Source: an uncultured Actinomycetota bacterium | Lineage (GTDB): Bacteria; Actinomycetota; Actinomycetes; Actinomycetales; Microbacteriaceae | Length of the DNA: 64,000 nucleotides | NCBI GenBank assembly: GCA_963738535.1 | Contig: CAVTXB010000004.1 | Coordinates: 110,916-174,915 of the forward strand | Reading direction: 5' to 3' | In this document: piece after piece, positions 20,619-29,935 of the stretch | How positions within the stretch are numbered: the stretch's first letter is position 1 | How the letters are laid out: every line of letters starts with the position of its first letter | Made by a program: the position numbers and the translations under genes | The notes under the pieces: generated by a model | Seen by the model: only the letters and a program-made list of their open reading frames with translations | The model's database searches: none | Told to the model about the DNA's origin: nothing

Positions 20619-21727
20619 GGGATGATCACCGCCCGTCCGATCGCGCCCGCGAGTAGTCGCTCGTACGCATCGTTCACCTCCTCGAGGGTGTTTCGTTCAC
20701 CGAGCAGCCGGTCGAGCGGGAGTCGCCCGGCCAGGTACAGCTCGAAAATCCTGGGCAGGTCCAGGCGCGGATTGGCGGAGCCGTAGAGGCTGCCGACGAT
20801 GCGCTTCTGCCGCTGCACCAGCTGGTTGATGGGCACAGCGAACGTCGTGTCGACCCCACCCAGCCCCACCGCCACGACGGTTCCGCCCGCCTCGACGGCG
20901 GCGAACGCCTGCTCGAGGGTCGATGGACGGCCGATGGCCTCGATCGCCCACCGTGCTCCGTCGGGCGCGATCGCCAGGATCGCGTCGACCGCGTCGCTGT
21001 TGGACGCGTTGACCACGTGCGTCGCGCCGAATTCCTTCGCGAGCGCGAGCTTGTCGTCGTCGACGTCGACGACGATGATCGGGTTGGCGCCCACCAGCCG
21101 GGCGCCCATGACAGCGGAGAGGCCCACGCCCCCGGCGCCGAAGATGGCCATCGGGCGGCCCGCCGCGTCGTCGACCACGTTGAGCACGGCGCCGACGCCG
21201 GTGATCACGGCGCAGCCGGCGATGGCGGCGATCTCGGGCGAGACGCCGTCGGGAACGACCACGACAGAACGCTCCGATGTCACCACCCGCTCGGCGAAAC
21301 ACGAGACACCGAGAAAGTGGTGCAGCTGCTCGTCGGGCTCACCCGGGCGCGACTCGCTCAGCCGCGAGGTGCCGTCCAGCAGCCCGCCCGTCGTCGCCTG
21401 CACCCGGCCGAGCACGCACAGCACCGGGTTTCCGCTGACGCACGCCGCGCACTCCCCGCACCTGGGTCGCCACATGAGCGCGACCCGGTCGCCGACCTTC
21501 ACGCGACCCGTGGTGTCGGGCCCGAGCGCCTCGACGATCCCGCAGCCCTCGTGACCGAGCACGAGGGGCAGCGGCGCCGTCATGTCGCCGGTCATGTAGT
21601 GGTAGTCGGTGTGGCAGATTCCGGCCGCCTCGACGCGCACGAGCACTTCGCCGGCGCGCGGAGCCTCGAGTGTCACGTCTTCGATGACCAGAGGGCGCCC
21701 CGCCTCGCGAAGCACCGCGGCGCGCAT
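20615..21727 (-). CDS. Zn-dependent alcohol dehydrogenase (class III/aryl-alcohol dehydrogenase-like)
   Basis: CHTD, GHEG, C-x2-C-x2-C-x7-C, GCAVITGVGAV and GAGGVG motifs. Confidence 0.87.
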   Translation of the reverse strand: MRAAVLREAGRPLVIEDVTLEAPRAGEVLVRVEAAGICHTDYHYMTGDMTAPLPLVLGHEGCGIVEALGPDTTGRVKVGDRVALMWRPRCGECAACVSGNPVLCVLGRVQATTGGLLDGTSRLSESRPGEPDEQLHHFLGVSCFAERVVTSERSVVVVPDGVSPEIAAIAGCAVITGVGAVLNVVDDAAGRPMAIFGAGGVGLSAVMGARLVGANPIIVVDVDDDKLALAKEFGATHVVNASNSDAVDAILAIAPDGARWAIEAIGRPSTLEQAFAAVEAGGTVVAVGLGGVDTTFAVPINQLVQRQKRIVGSLYGSANPRLDLPRIFELYLAGRLPLDRLLGERNTLEEVNDAYERLLAGAIGRAVIIP

Positions 21728-21729
21728 CC

Positions 21730-23118
21730 TCAGCCCTGCTTCAGCTGCTCGAGCAGGCTCTCGCGAACCTCGCAGTTGGCGAAGGCGAACGAGTCGGCGA
21801 GCGCATCGAGCTCGTCGTCGTCGAGTCCCCGGAAGAGTTCGGCGTACTCGTCGGCGAGCGGCTGCGCGATCGTGATGTTGAGCAAGAGGGTGCGCACCCA
21901 GTCGAATCGGCCCCACGGGTACGGGTCGAAGTCGGGGAACTCGGCGGCGATGAGGTCCTGCACCGGCTGCGTCACCTCGATGACGCCCTCGCCGCGGCTT
22001 CCCCACTGGTCGGCGCCGAGCCGGTTCTTCTTCTCGACGAATGCCCCGAAGCGCTTCAGGTAGGGCGAATCCGGGCGAACGTTCACCAGCCCCTGGCGGC
22101 CCAGGTCTTTGTACATCCACGATGACCAGCTCACGCCGTGCTCGCGGTAGAGGTCGAGCTGGTCGGTGAGAATCTGGCGACGCATCGCATCCACTCGCTC
22201 GTCACCGGTGTAGATGGGTGCGAATTCCCCGACATAGATGGGCGTGCCGGTTCTGATGGCGTAGCCGGCACGCTCCAGGAACTTCGCTCGAGCCGTGTCT
22301 TTGTCGACCCAGGCGCCGTCGGTGTAGCCGGGGTAGTCGCCGCCGCGGCCGAGCCCCGCGCTCACATAGTCGTGCAGTGTGTAGACGGTGTTCGACTCCC
22401 ACGGCTCGTCGAAGATGTCGAACTCGGTGGAGTAGGTGTTGCCGTCGATGAAGATGATGTGCGATTCGTCGATCTCGCGGATCGCCGCGACGACGCGCTC
22501 GTAGAACGGGCCGACCGCTGCGCGCGACTCGTCCGCCGGTTCGTTCAGCAGGTTGTAGCCCGCGACCCACGGGTTGTCGCGATACCGGGCGGCGATGGCC
22601 TTCCAGATGCCGACGGCGCGGTCCTGGAAGTGCGGATGCTGCCAGAACGCCGCGATGTGGGTGGGGTTGTCGGAGTGCCAGTGCTGGTTCTGCGAGCCCG
22701 GGACGGTGTGCAGGTCGATGACCGTGTAGATGCCGTGCCGGCCGCCCTGCTCGATCGCGCGGTCGAGGTAGCGGAATCCGGCTTCGACGATCTCGAACGG
22801 CTTCGCGTCGTCTTCGAGGTGGTGGTAGTTGATCGGGATGCGCACGGCGTTGAATCCGTTGTCGGCCAGGAACGCGACATCCGCCTCGTCGTAGAACGCA
22901 CCGAGCAGGCGATCGAAAAAGCGCTCGTAGCGTTCGCGCCCGAGCACGGCGAGCACCTTGGCGCGCATGAGGGACTCGTTGGCCGAGTAGCCCGTGATGA
23001 AGTTCTCCATGTTGAGCCAGCCGCCCACGCACACCCCGCGCAGTCGCACCGTCTCGCCGCTCGCGTCGATGAACGAGGCGCCGCGGGTCTGCACCGGGCG
23101 TGCGGCTTGCTCAGCCAT
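21730..23118 (-). CDS. GH5 glycoside hydrolase (GH5_22-like, putative beta-xylosidase), cytoplasmic
   Basis: GGWLNMENFITG, VRIP, IDLH, LLNEP acid/base and YVGEF nucleophile; no signal peptide. Confidence 0.85.
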   Translation of the reverse strand: MAEQAARPVQTRGASFIDASGETVRLRGVCVGGWLNMENFITGYSANESLMRAKVLAVLGRERYERFFDRLLGAFYDEADVAFLADNGFNAVRIPINYHHLEDDAKPFEIVEAGFRYLDRAIEQGGRHGIYTVIDLHTVPGSQNQHWHSDNPTHIAAFWQHPHFQDRAVGIWKAIAARYRDNPWVAGYNLLNEPADESRAAVGPFYERVVAAIREIDESHIIFIDGNTYSTEFDIFDEPWESNTVYTLHDYVSAGLGRGGDYPGYTDGAWVDKDTARAKFLERAGYAIRTGTPIYVGEFAPIYTGDERVDAMRRQILTDQLDLYREHGVSWSSWMYKDLGRQGLVNVRPDSPYLKRFGAFVEKKNRLGADQWGSRGEGVIEVTQPVQDLIAAEFPDFDPYPWGRFDWVRTLLLNITIAQPLADEYAELFRGLDDDELDALADSFAFANCEVRESLLEQLKQG

Positions 23119-23160
23119 ATGGACTCCTTTGACCACGTGTGACTACGCGTGCGTGTGTTA

Positions 23161-23172
23161 CGAAATATTTAG
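23161..23172. promoter_or_regulatory. Putative LacI operator CGAAATATTTAG
   Basis: Variant copy about 40 bp upstream of the GH5 start. Confidence 0.55.
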
Positions 23173-23288
23173 CAGTCGAATCTGACACTTTTTCAGTCGA
23201 TTTAGACAGATTCAGCCTATGGACACGGCACTCAGGCTGTCAAGGCGACGGGAATTGGCGCGCGCTACACTGGATGCACCGTATCTGC

Positions 23289-23308
23289 GCAACGAAATGT
23301 TTCGTTGC
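23289..23308. promoter_or_regulatory. Putative LacI operator GCAACGAAATGTTTCGTTGC
   Basis: 20-bp palindrome, mismatched only at the central 2 bp, upstream of the ThuA-like gene. Confidence 0.75.
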
Positions 23309-23336
23309 CACCGACCATCGATCGAGGACCAGCGCA

Positions 23337-24050
23337 ATGGCGAGCGTCACCAGTAGAGAGCCCCGGCACGCGCTCATCGTGCGGGGCGGATGGGACGGCC
23401 ACCAGCCGGTCGAGACCACCGACTCCTTCGTTCCGTTCCTCGAAGCGAACGGGTTCACCGTGCGGATCGAGGAGTCCCCCGCGGTCTACCTCGATGCGCC
23501 CTACCTCGACACCGTCGACCTGATCGTGCAGGTGAACACCATGGCCACCATCGAGAAAGACGAGTTCGCCGGCCTCGAGCGGGCCATCCTGAACGGCACA
23601 GGGATGGGCGGCTGGCACGGCGGCATCGCCGACTCCTATCGCAATACCGCCGACTACCTGCACATGATCGGCGGACAGTTCGCCCACCATGCCGGCAAGG
23701 ATCCGGCCGAGCGCACCGGCGACCAGTCCGACAACTACATCCCCTACACGGTGCACTTCACCGAGCTCGGCACGACCCATCCGATCACGGCGGGGCTGGC
23801 GGACTTCGACCTCGTGACCGAGCAGTACTGGGTGCTCAGCGACGAATACAACGACGTACTCGCGACGACCACCCAGCAGGTGCGACCCTGGGATGCCTGG
23901 AACAGGCCGGTGACCGCGCCCGCGATCTGGACGAGGCAGTGGGGCAAGGGCCGCATCTTCGTCTCTGCGCCCGGGCACCGGCTCGAGATCGTCAACAACC
24001 CGACCGTGCGCACGGTCATCGAGAGAGGACTGCTATGGGCGGCGAGGTAG
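23337..24050 (+). CDS. ThuA domain-containing protein
   Basis: GGWDGHQP, GGWHGG, GGQFAHH, EQYW and WGKGRIFVSAPGH motifs. Confidence 0.85.
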   Translation: MASVTSREPRHALIVRGGWDGHQPVETTDSFVPFLEANGFTVRIEESPAVYLDAPYLDTVDLIVQVNTMATIEKDEFAGLERAILNGTGMGGWHGGIADSYRNTADYLHMIGGQFAHHAGKDPAERTGDQSDNYIPYTVHFTELGTTHPITAGLADFDLVTEQYWVLSDEYNDVLATTTQQVRPWDAWNRPVTAPAIWTRQWGKGRIFVSAPGHRLEIVNNPTVRTVIERGLLWAAR

Positions 24051-25147
24051 GCCACACGCCGATGGGAATCGGCGTCATCGGCGGCGGCAAGATCAGCGAA
24101 CAGTATTTCGCGTCGCTGCCCACGCTGCCCGGGCTGCGGCTGGTGGCCGTCGCCGACCGCGACCCGGCACGCGCGGCGGCCGTCGCCGGCGAACAGGGAG
24201 TCGAGGCGCTCACCGTGGATGAGCTGCTCGCCGACGACCGGATCGAGGCGATCCTCAACCTCACCACCCCCGAATCGCACGTCGAGATCAACGAACGGGC
24301 GCTCGCGGCCGGCAAACACGTGTTCGCCGAAAAACCCCTCGCCCTCGCGCCGGGTGAGGCGACCGCGATGCTCGCGCGCGCCGCCGCGGCCGGGCTCAGG
24401 ATCGGGTCGGCACCCGACACCGTGCTGGGCACGGGCATCCAGAGCGCCCGCGATGCACTGGATCGCGGGCTCATCGGCGCACCGGTCGGCGCTGCCGTCT
24501 TCTGGCACTCGCCCGGGCACGAGCTCTGGCATCCCAACCCGGCGTTCTACTACCAGCCGGGGGCGGGGCCGCTCTTCGACATGGGGCCGTACTACCTGAC
24601 AACCCTCGTGCTGCTGCTCGGGCCGGTGGTGCGCGTTTCGGGGGTGGCGGGGCGGTCGGATCGACCGCGAACGGTCGCCACGGGCGACCACGCGGGCGAG
24701 AGCATCCCCGTCGACATCGACACCCACGTCGTCTTCGTGCTTGAGCACGCGTCGGGGGTCTCGTCGTCGGTCACGATGAGCTTCGAGGTGTGGGCATCCC
24801 GCAACCAGCGCATCGAGGTCTACGGAACAGACGGCACCCTGGCCGTCTCGGATCCAAACACGTTCTCCGACCCGGTCGAGATCTGGACGACGGAGACCAG
24901 CGACTGGCAGCCGCTGGCCGAGTCGGCCGGGTACCCGGGAGCCGGTCGCGGCTACGGTCTGGCCGACATGGCCCACGCCATCCGAACCGACCGGCCGCAC
25001 CGGGCATCCGCAGATCTCGCCTTCCACGTGCTCGAGATCATGGACGCGGTCATCCGCTCCGCGCACGAAGGTGCCGTCGTCGCCATCGAGAGCACCTTCG
25101 TGCGCACCCCGCTCGTGCCGCTGGGAGCGACGCCCGACAGCTGGTGA
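24035..25147 (+). CDS. Gfo/Idh/MocA oxidoreductase
   Basis: GVIGGGKIS, GKHVFAEKP, APDTVLG and WHPNPAFYYQPGAGPLFDMGPYY motifs. Confidence 0.88.
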   Translation: MGGEVGHTPMGIGVIGGGKISEQYFASLPTLPGLRLVAVADRDPARAAAVAGEQGVEALTVDELLADDRIEAILNLTTPESHVEINERALAAGKHVFAEKPLALAPGEATAMLARAAAAGLRIGSAPDTVLGTGIQSARDALDRGLIGAPVGAAVFWHSPGHELWHPNPAFYYQPGAGPLFDMGPYYLTTLVLLLGPVVRVSGVAGRSDRPRTVATGDHAGESIPVDIDTHVVFVLEHASGVSSSVTMSFEVWASRNQRIEVYGTDGTLAVSDPNTFSDPVEIWTTETSDWQPLAESAGYPGAGRGYGLADMAHAIRTDRPHRASADLAFHVLEIMDAVIRSAHEGAVVAIESTFVRTPLVPLGATPDSW

Positions 25148-25200
25148 GGCTCGTCGCTGGCCATCGTGGCGGGGGTCTCGCGGCGATGAGATCATCGATC

Positions 25201-25578
25201 ATGCACAAAGTCACCGGTATCGGCGGGTTCTTCTTCCGCGCGACCGACTCGGATGCCCTGGCCGCCTGGTATCGCGACAACCTCGGCATCGACCCTGTGC
25301 CGATGTCGGAGGGCGAACCGGCCTGGCACCAGGAAGCCGGCGAGACGGCGTTCACCTCGATGCCGGGTGTGGTCGACCAGTTCGGCCAGCCCGACCGGCA
25401 GTGGGCGATCAACTTCCGGGTGGCCGACCTCGATGGCATGGTGGATCAGCTGCGTGCCGGCGGCACCACGGTTGAGGTCGACCCGACGACGTACTCGATG
25501 GGGCGGTTCGCGTCGCTCACCGACCCGGAGGGCAACCCCATCCAGCTGTGGGAGCCGCCCTCGGACGACACCCCCTAA
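25201..25578 (+). CDS. VOC/glyoxalase family protein
   Basis: VTGIGGFFFRA, INFRVADLD and DPEGNPIQLWEP motifs. Confidence 0.88.
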   Translation: MHKVTGIGGFFFRATDSDALAAWYRDNLGIDPVPMSEGEPAWHQEAGETAFTSMPGVVDQFGQPDRQWAINFRVADLDGMVDQLRAGGTTVEVDPTTYSMGRFASLTDPEGNPIQLWEPPSDDTP

Positions 25579-25579
25579 C

Positions 25580-25700
25580 CTCTCCCAACTCAGGAGCCGG
25601 CTCTCCCAATTCAGGAGCCGGGCCCCCTGCACCGGCTGACTTCAGCCTGCCTTCGTTTCAGGCCGCGGCTGCTTCCGGCCCAACTCCTGAATTAGGAGAG
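25580..25700. repeat. REP-like repeat: two tandem 21-mers CTCTCCCAA(C/T)TCAGGAGCCGG plus an inverted copy
   Basis: Direct copies at 25580-25600 and 25601-25621; inverted CTCCTGAATTAGGAGAG at 25684-25700. Confidence 0.75.
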
Positions 25701-25781
25701 TGGGGGGGGCAGCCGGGCCGCCGCCTGCCACCACCACTGCCCGTCTCGCACCAGTGCGCCATGGACGAAGATCAACTCCAT
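25692..25781 (-). pseudogene. N-terminal remnant of an alpha/beta hydrolase
   Basis: MELIFVHGALVRDGQWWWQ is a typical hydrolase start (VFVHG..W); the frame ends after 29 aa at the repeat. Confidence 0.6.
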
Positions 25782-25830
25782 GGCGCCATCCTTGCACGAG
25801 GCGCTACCGTGGCGTGTGGGCAGCGCACCG

Positions 25831-26607
25831 GTGCAGGACAACTGGGAGCACGGCGACGCGTACGAGCTGTTCATCGGGCGCTGGAGCAGTCTCGTCGCTA
25901 CCCGGTTCCTCGATTGGCTGCAACTTCCGTCCGGACTTCGCTGGGTCGACGTCGGATGCGGCACCGGCGCCCTGTCGGAGGCGATCCTCGACGGGCGGGA
26001 CCCGACATCCGTCACCGGGGTCGAACCCTCGGCCGGTTTCGTTCGAGCGGCCGAGCACAGGCTCGGCGACCGTGCGATCGTGCACCAGGCGCCCGCTGAA
26101 CACCTTCCGCTGCCGGACGGCTCCGCCGACATCGTCGTGTCGGGCCTGGTGCTCAACTTCATCTCCGACCTGCCCGCTGCGCTCTCCGAAATGAGACGCG
26201 TCGCGGCCGGCGGTGTCGTCGCCGCGTATGTATGGGATTACAGCGGGGGAATGGAGATGCTGCGGTACTTCTGGGACGCCGCCGACGAGATCGACCCCGA
26301 TGGGGCCGCGGATGAGGGCAGGCGCTTCCCACTGTGCCGACCGGATGCGCTCACCGCCGCCTTCACGAGCGCCGGGCTGGGTGACCCGGAAGTCGTTGCG
26401 CTTGATGTCCCGACGCCGTTCGCCGATTTCGACGCCCTGTGGACGCCGTTCACGGGGGGCCAGGGTGCTGGACCCAGCTATCTCGTGTCGCTCGACCCCG
26501 ACCGGCAGGCGGCGCTGAAAGAGAGCATGCGACGGCGTGTGCCGACGAACGCCGACGGCTCGATCTCGCTGGTCGCCCGAGCGTGGGCGATCCGGGCATC
26601 GGTGTAG
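25831..26607 (+). CDS. Class I SAM-dependent methyltransferase
   Basis: WVDVGCGTGAL, LVLNF and AAYVWDY motifs. Confidence 0.88.
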   Translation: MQDNWEHGDAYELFIGRWSSLVATRFLDWLQLPSGLRWVDVGCGTGALSEAILDGRDPTSVTGVEPSAGFVRAAEHRLGDRAIVHQAPAEHLPLPDGSADIVVSGLVLNFISDLPAALSEMRRVAAGGVVAAYVWDYSGGMEMLRYFWDAADEIDPDGAADEGRRFPLCRPDALTAAFTSAGLGDPEVVALDVPTPFADFDALWTPFTGGQGAGPSYLVSLDPDRQAALKESMRRRVPTNADGSISLVARAWAIRASV

Positions 26608-26674
26608 CCCGCACGCCTGCGCCGCGTGGACCATGGCAGGATGGTCGTTGCCAATTCGATCAAGCGAGGTGAAG

Positions 26675-27211
26675 GTGCCGGTTTCCGACCCGCTGCCGAT
26701 GGACCCCATCGCCGAGGCGAAGCGCCAGTGGCAGATCCACGGCTGGGTCGATGCAGCGGATGGGATGGCGGCGGTCACCTCGATCATGCGCGCCCAGCAG
26801 ATCATGCTGGGTCGGGTGGATGCCGCCCTGAAACCGTTCTCGCTCTCGTTTGCGCGTTACGAACTTCTCGCTCTGCTGAGTTTCACTCGTGGCGGTCAGC
26901 TTCCGATGACCAGCGCCAGCGCGCGACTCCAAGTGCACCCGACGAGTGTGACGAACACCGTCGACCGACTGGAGGCCGATGGGCTCGTTGCTCGATCGCC
27001 CCACCCCACCGACGGCCGCGCGACACTTGTGACGATCACCGAGCCAGGCCGCGCTGTGGTACTCGCTGCGACGATCGCCCTGAACGCTGGGGTCTTCGAC
27101 GACCCCGGCCTATCGCACGACGACCTCTCGGGCCTGGTGCGGATCCTGGCTCGGTTTCGCCGCGATTCCGGGGACTTCATCGATGCCCCGGTGCAATCTG
27201 ATTCGCTCTAG
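26675..27211 (+). CDS. MarR-family transcriptional regulator
   Basis: LSFARYELL and VHPTSVTNTVDRLEADGLVAR..HPTDGRA winged helix. Confidence 0.88.
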   Translation: MPVSDPLPMDPIAEAKRQWQIHGWVDAADGMAAVTSIMRAQQIMLGRVDAALKPFSLSFARYELLALLSFTRGGQLPMTSASARLQVHPTSVTNTVDRLEADGLVARSPHPTDGRATLVTITEPGRAVVLAATIALNAGVFDDPGLSHDDLSGLVRILARFRRDSGDFIDAPVQSDSL

Positions 27212-28086
27212 CGACGCCGGAGATCCCATTCCGCGAGGATCGACCGCAGTCCCGTTGTCAGAGCCAGGGGCTGGTCGAGCATGATGTGGTGGCCGGCATC
27301 CGGCACCTCAACCATCGCTGTGACCCTGCCCAGGCCTTCGAATATTGCGTCGACCATGGCCGGTGACACCATTCCGGCGTCCCCGTAGAAGAAGGCGGAA
27401 CGGCAGGCGAGCGGTGCAAGTTCCGGTAGTTGCGGCACGTGGTCGAAGATCCGCGAATCGAACTTCCAACCCCAGCCGCCGGTGATCTCTCGCACCGATG
27501 TGGCTGCGACGTAGTGCCTCACGTAGTCGAGCGTCGGCTGGTCCGGTATGGGACGGAACCGAGCGACGACGTCCTCTCGTGTCGGATACACCCGCGCCGG
27601 CCCGAAAGCGAGACGGTCGGCTGCCGCATCCTCTTCGGGCGTGAAACTGACGATGGGCGAGTCGACGATGATGATGCCACCGAGCTCGGCACCGTGCTGC
27701 ATGGCGGCGCGGAGTGCGACGACGCCGCCGAGGCTATGGCCGATGAGGATGGCCGGCCCGTTGTCGGCGCGCTTCGCTACTGACAGCGCCTCGAGTGCCC
27801 ACTCGTCAACAACGTAGGCGTCGCGATGGTCGCTGTCGCCGTGACCCGAGAGGTCGAAGGCGATGACCTGCCGGTGCTGGGCGAGTAGCGGCGCAATGTG
27901 GTCCCACCAGTGGGAATGTGCGGCCCCGCCGTGCAGCAGCACGACCGAACGACCTGCCCCTTCTCCCCAGATCCGAAACGCGATGGTACGGCCGTTCACC
28001 GTGATCGAATGAGCGGACGCGCTCTTCTCGATCGCGTCCGAGAACCACCGGGGCGGGATCTGCGTGTCCGTCACTGTGCCAGTCAA
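27208..28086 (-). CDS. Alpha/beta fold hydrolase
   Basis: LLHGGAAH, GHSLGG nucleophile elbow, AGHHIMLDQP. Confidence 0.88.
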   Translation of the reverse strand: MTGTVTDTQIPPRWFSDAIEKSASAHSITVNGRTIAFRIWGEGAGRSVVLLHGGAAHSHWWDHIAPLLAQHRQVIAFDLSGHGDSDHRDAYVVDEWALEALSVAKRADNGPAILIGHSLGGVVALRAAMQHGAELGGIIIVDSPIVSFTPEEDAAADRLAFGPARVYPTREDVVARFRPIPDQPTLDYVRHYVAATSVREITGGWGWKFDSRIFDHVPQLPELAPLACRSAFFYGDAGMVSPAMVDAIFEGLGRVTAMVEVPDAGHHIMLDQPLALTTGLRSILAEWDLRRR

Positions 28087-28208
28087 TTCGACGAGTGCAC
28101 CGACGAGGCGAGGCTCGCCGCGGCACGGCGAATGTCCGTCGTGCCCGGGCGTGCGGGAGTGCCCGGGGGCGCGTGGGGGCGCCCCGCGTGCTGGCGTGCT
28201 CCGGGGTG

Positions 28209-29606
28209 TTATCGGGGTGGGTGTGCAGTCGGGTGTTGCTGGCGGGCCGCCAAGCGAGGTCGTTGATGGTGTCGGTGCGGGTGCGGGTGTGGGGTAGCCC
28301 GTTGATCATCCGGATGTCGAATTCGCCAGCATGGAGGGAGGTGTGGTGGGTGGGGCAGAGGAGGACCATGTTGTCGATGTCGGTGGGTCCGCCGCGGGAG
28401 GCGAAGATGATGTGGTGGCCGTGGCAGTGGGCGGCGCGGGTGCGGCATCCGGGGCCGGCGCACCGGTCCCCGTCGCGGGCGATGAGGGCACGGCGTTGGG
28501 TGGGGGTGGTGTAGCGGACGGTGGTGCCGTGGTAGAGCGGTTGCCCCATGGTGCCGACGATGATGGGGTCGAACCCGGTCTCGCAGGCGAGGTGTTGGAT
28601 GACGGTGGCGGGGATGATTTCGTCGATGCCTTCGATGATCCCGAACCCGGTCCCCGACAGCAGGTCTGTCAACGGGATGATGGCGGTGACGGTGCCGGTG
28701 GTGCGCCGGTCGGGGGTCCCGTGCCGGGTCGCGGCAAGCCCCGCGGTGAACACGGCTTCGAGGATGTCGTAGCGTTTGCGTTCCCGCGACCGCGGGTCGA
28801 TGACGCGTTCGACCTGTGTCCCGTCACGGTCGATGAGTTCCACCTTCGCGGTGGCGCGGTCCTCGTCGGAGAGGAACCGGGGCCCCGCGGTCGGGTTCAT
28901 CGAATCCAGGAGGGCCGCATCCAACACGGCGGCGAGCGGTGGGGCGGCGTCGATGATGTAGCGGGTGATGCCGTGCCGTTCCCGGAACACCCGCACCCCG
29001 GCGCGGGTGAGGATGTGCTCGTAGCGGGGTTCGATGCCGTCGGGGTCGAGGGCATCCCGCCACGCCCGCCCCAGGTCGGCGACATCGTCCGGGATCCCGG
29101 TGGCCGCGAACTGCACCAGGTGGGTTTCCGCCGCGAGCATGTTCTCCAGGGTCGCGGCGGACCCGGTCACCGCCTGGCCCAGGTGGGAGAGGATCGTTGC
29201 CGCGGCCTCCACCCCAACCGACCCGTCCCGCATCGCCGCCGCGAGGATCGGGTGCTCCGCCGGGAGCACCTCACCCAGCAGGGAGCGGCGGGCCGCGCAC
29301 GGCGGTGCCGAGGCGGATGCGACGCGACGCGTGCGCTTTCGGCACCCGGGTGGTGTGTTCGATGAAATCCACCGCTTTACGGTGCCCGTGCAGGGCCGAC
29401 AGGCCCTGGGCGCCGAGTTCGTAACGGGACCGATCCGCAACCTCCGCCGCGGTGAACACCTGACACGAGCCCAGCAGGCGCGACAGGGCAGCTTCAGCAC
29501 CCAACAGGTGCACCACATCCCCATCCGACAGGGCACTGCGGTCCACCCGGGCCAGAACAGCCAGCGCAGCCGAAGCCTGCGCCAGCGCCTCCCGGACCTC
29601 GATCAT
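28209..29606 (-). CDS. DUF222 + HNH endonuclease (13E12/REP13E12-like), frameshifted near 29293; 3' end uncertain
   Basis: LDPDG, QRRALIARDGDRC..PGC and HHI...GGPTDIDNMVLLCPTHH motifs; N-terminus MIEVRE.. is in a different frame. Confidence 0.8.
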
Positions 29607-29723
29607 GAAACCAGCCAACCAGACCAAACACCAGACCGAATCGGCACCAACGAGAACTGGTGAACGTCCCCGCCCAACGACCACTGGTGAGGAGAAGACC
29701 GCCGGCCGATGACCGGGGTGAGG

Positions 29724-29935
29724 GGTCTCGATACGCAGGCTCGTTCCTCGCGCTGCTACTCGACCACCGGGCTCCGGCTCGTACCTCGCGGCGCAGGTCT
29801 CGATACGCAGGCTCGTTCCTCGCGCTGCTACTCGACCACCGGGGCAGGCTCGTTCCTCGCGCTGCTACTCGACCACCGGGCTCCGGCTCGTGGATCGCGC
29901 TGCTACTCGACCACCGGACGCAGGCTCGCGCTGCT
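29724..29935. repeat. Cluster of REP-like tandem repeats (GGTCTCGATACGC..TCGCGCTGCTACTCGACCACCGG)
   Basis: TCGCGCTGCTACTCGACCACCGG occurs four times and GGTCTCGATACGCAGGCTCGTTCCTCG twice; no unique spacers. Confidence 0.85.

Noticed and set aside
27806-28208. C-terminal extension of the HNH ORF over the hydrolase gene
   Set aside because: Low-complexity read-through overlapping a good gene; the true stop is probably near 28209
29724-29935. Possible CRISPR array
   Set aside because: Spacing is irregular, the intervening sequences are themselves repeat fragments, and there are no cas genes; it fits a REP-like cluster
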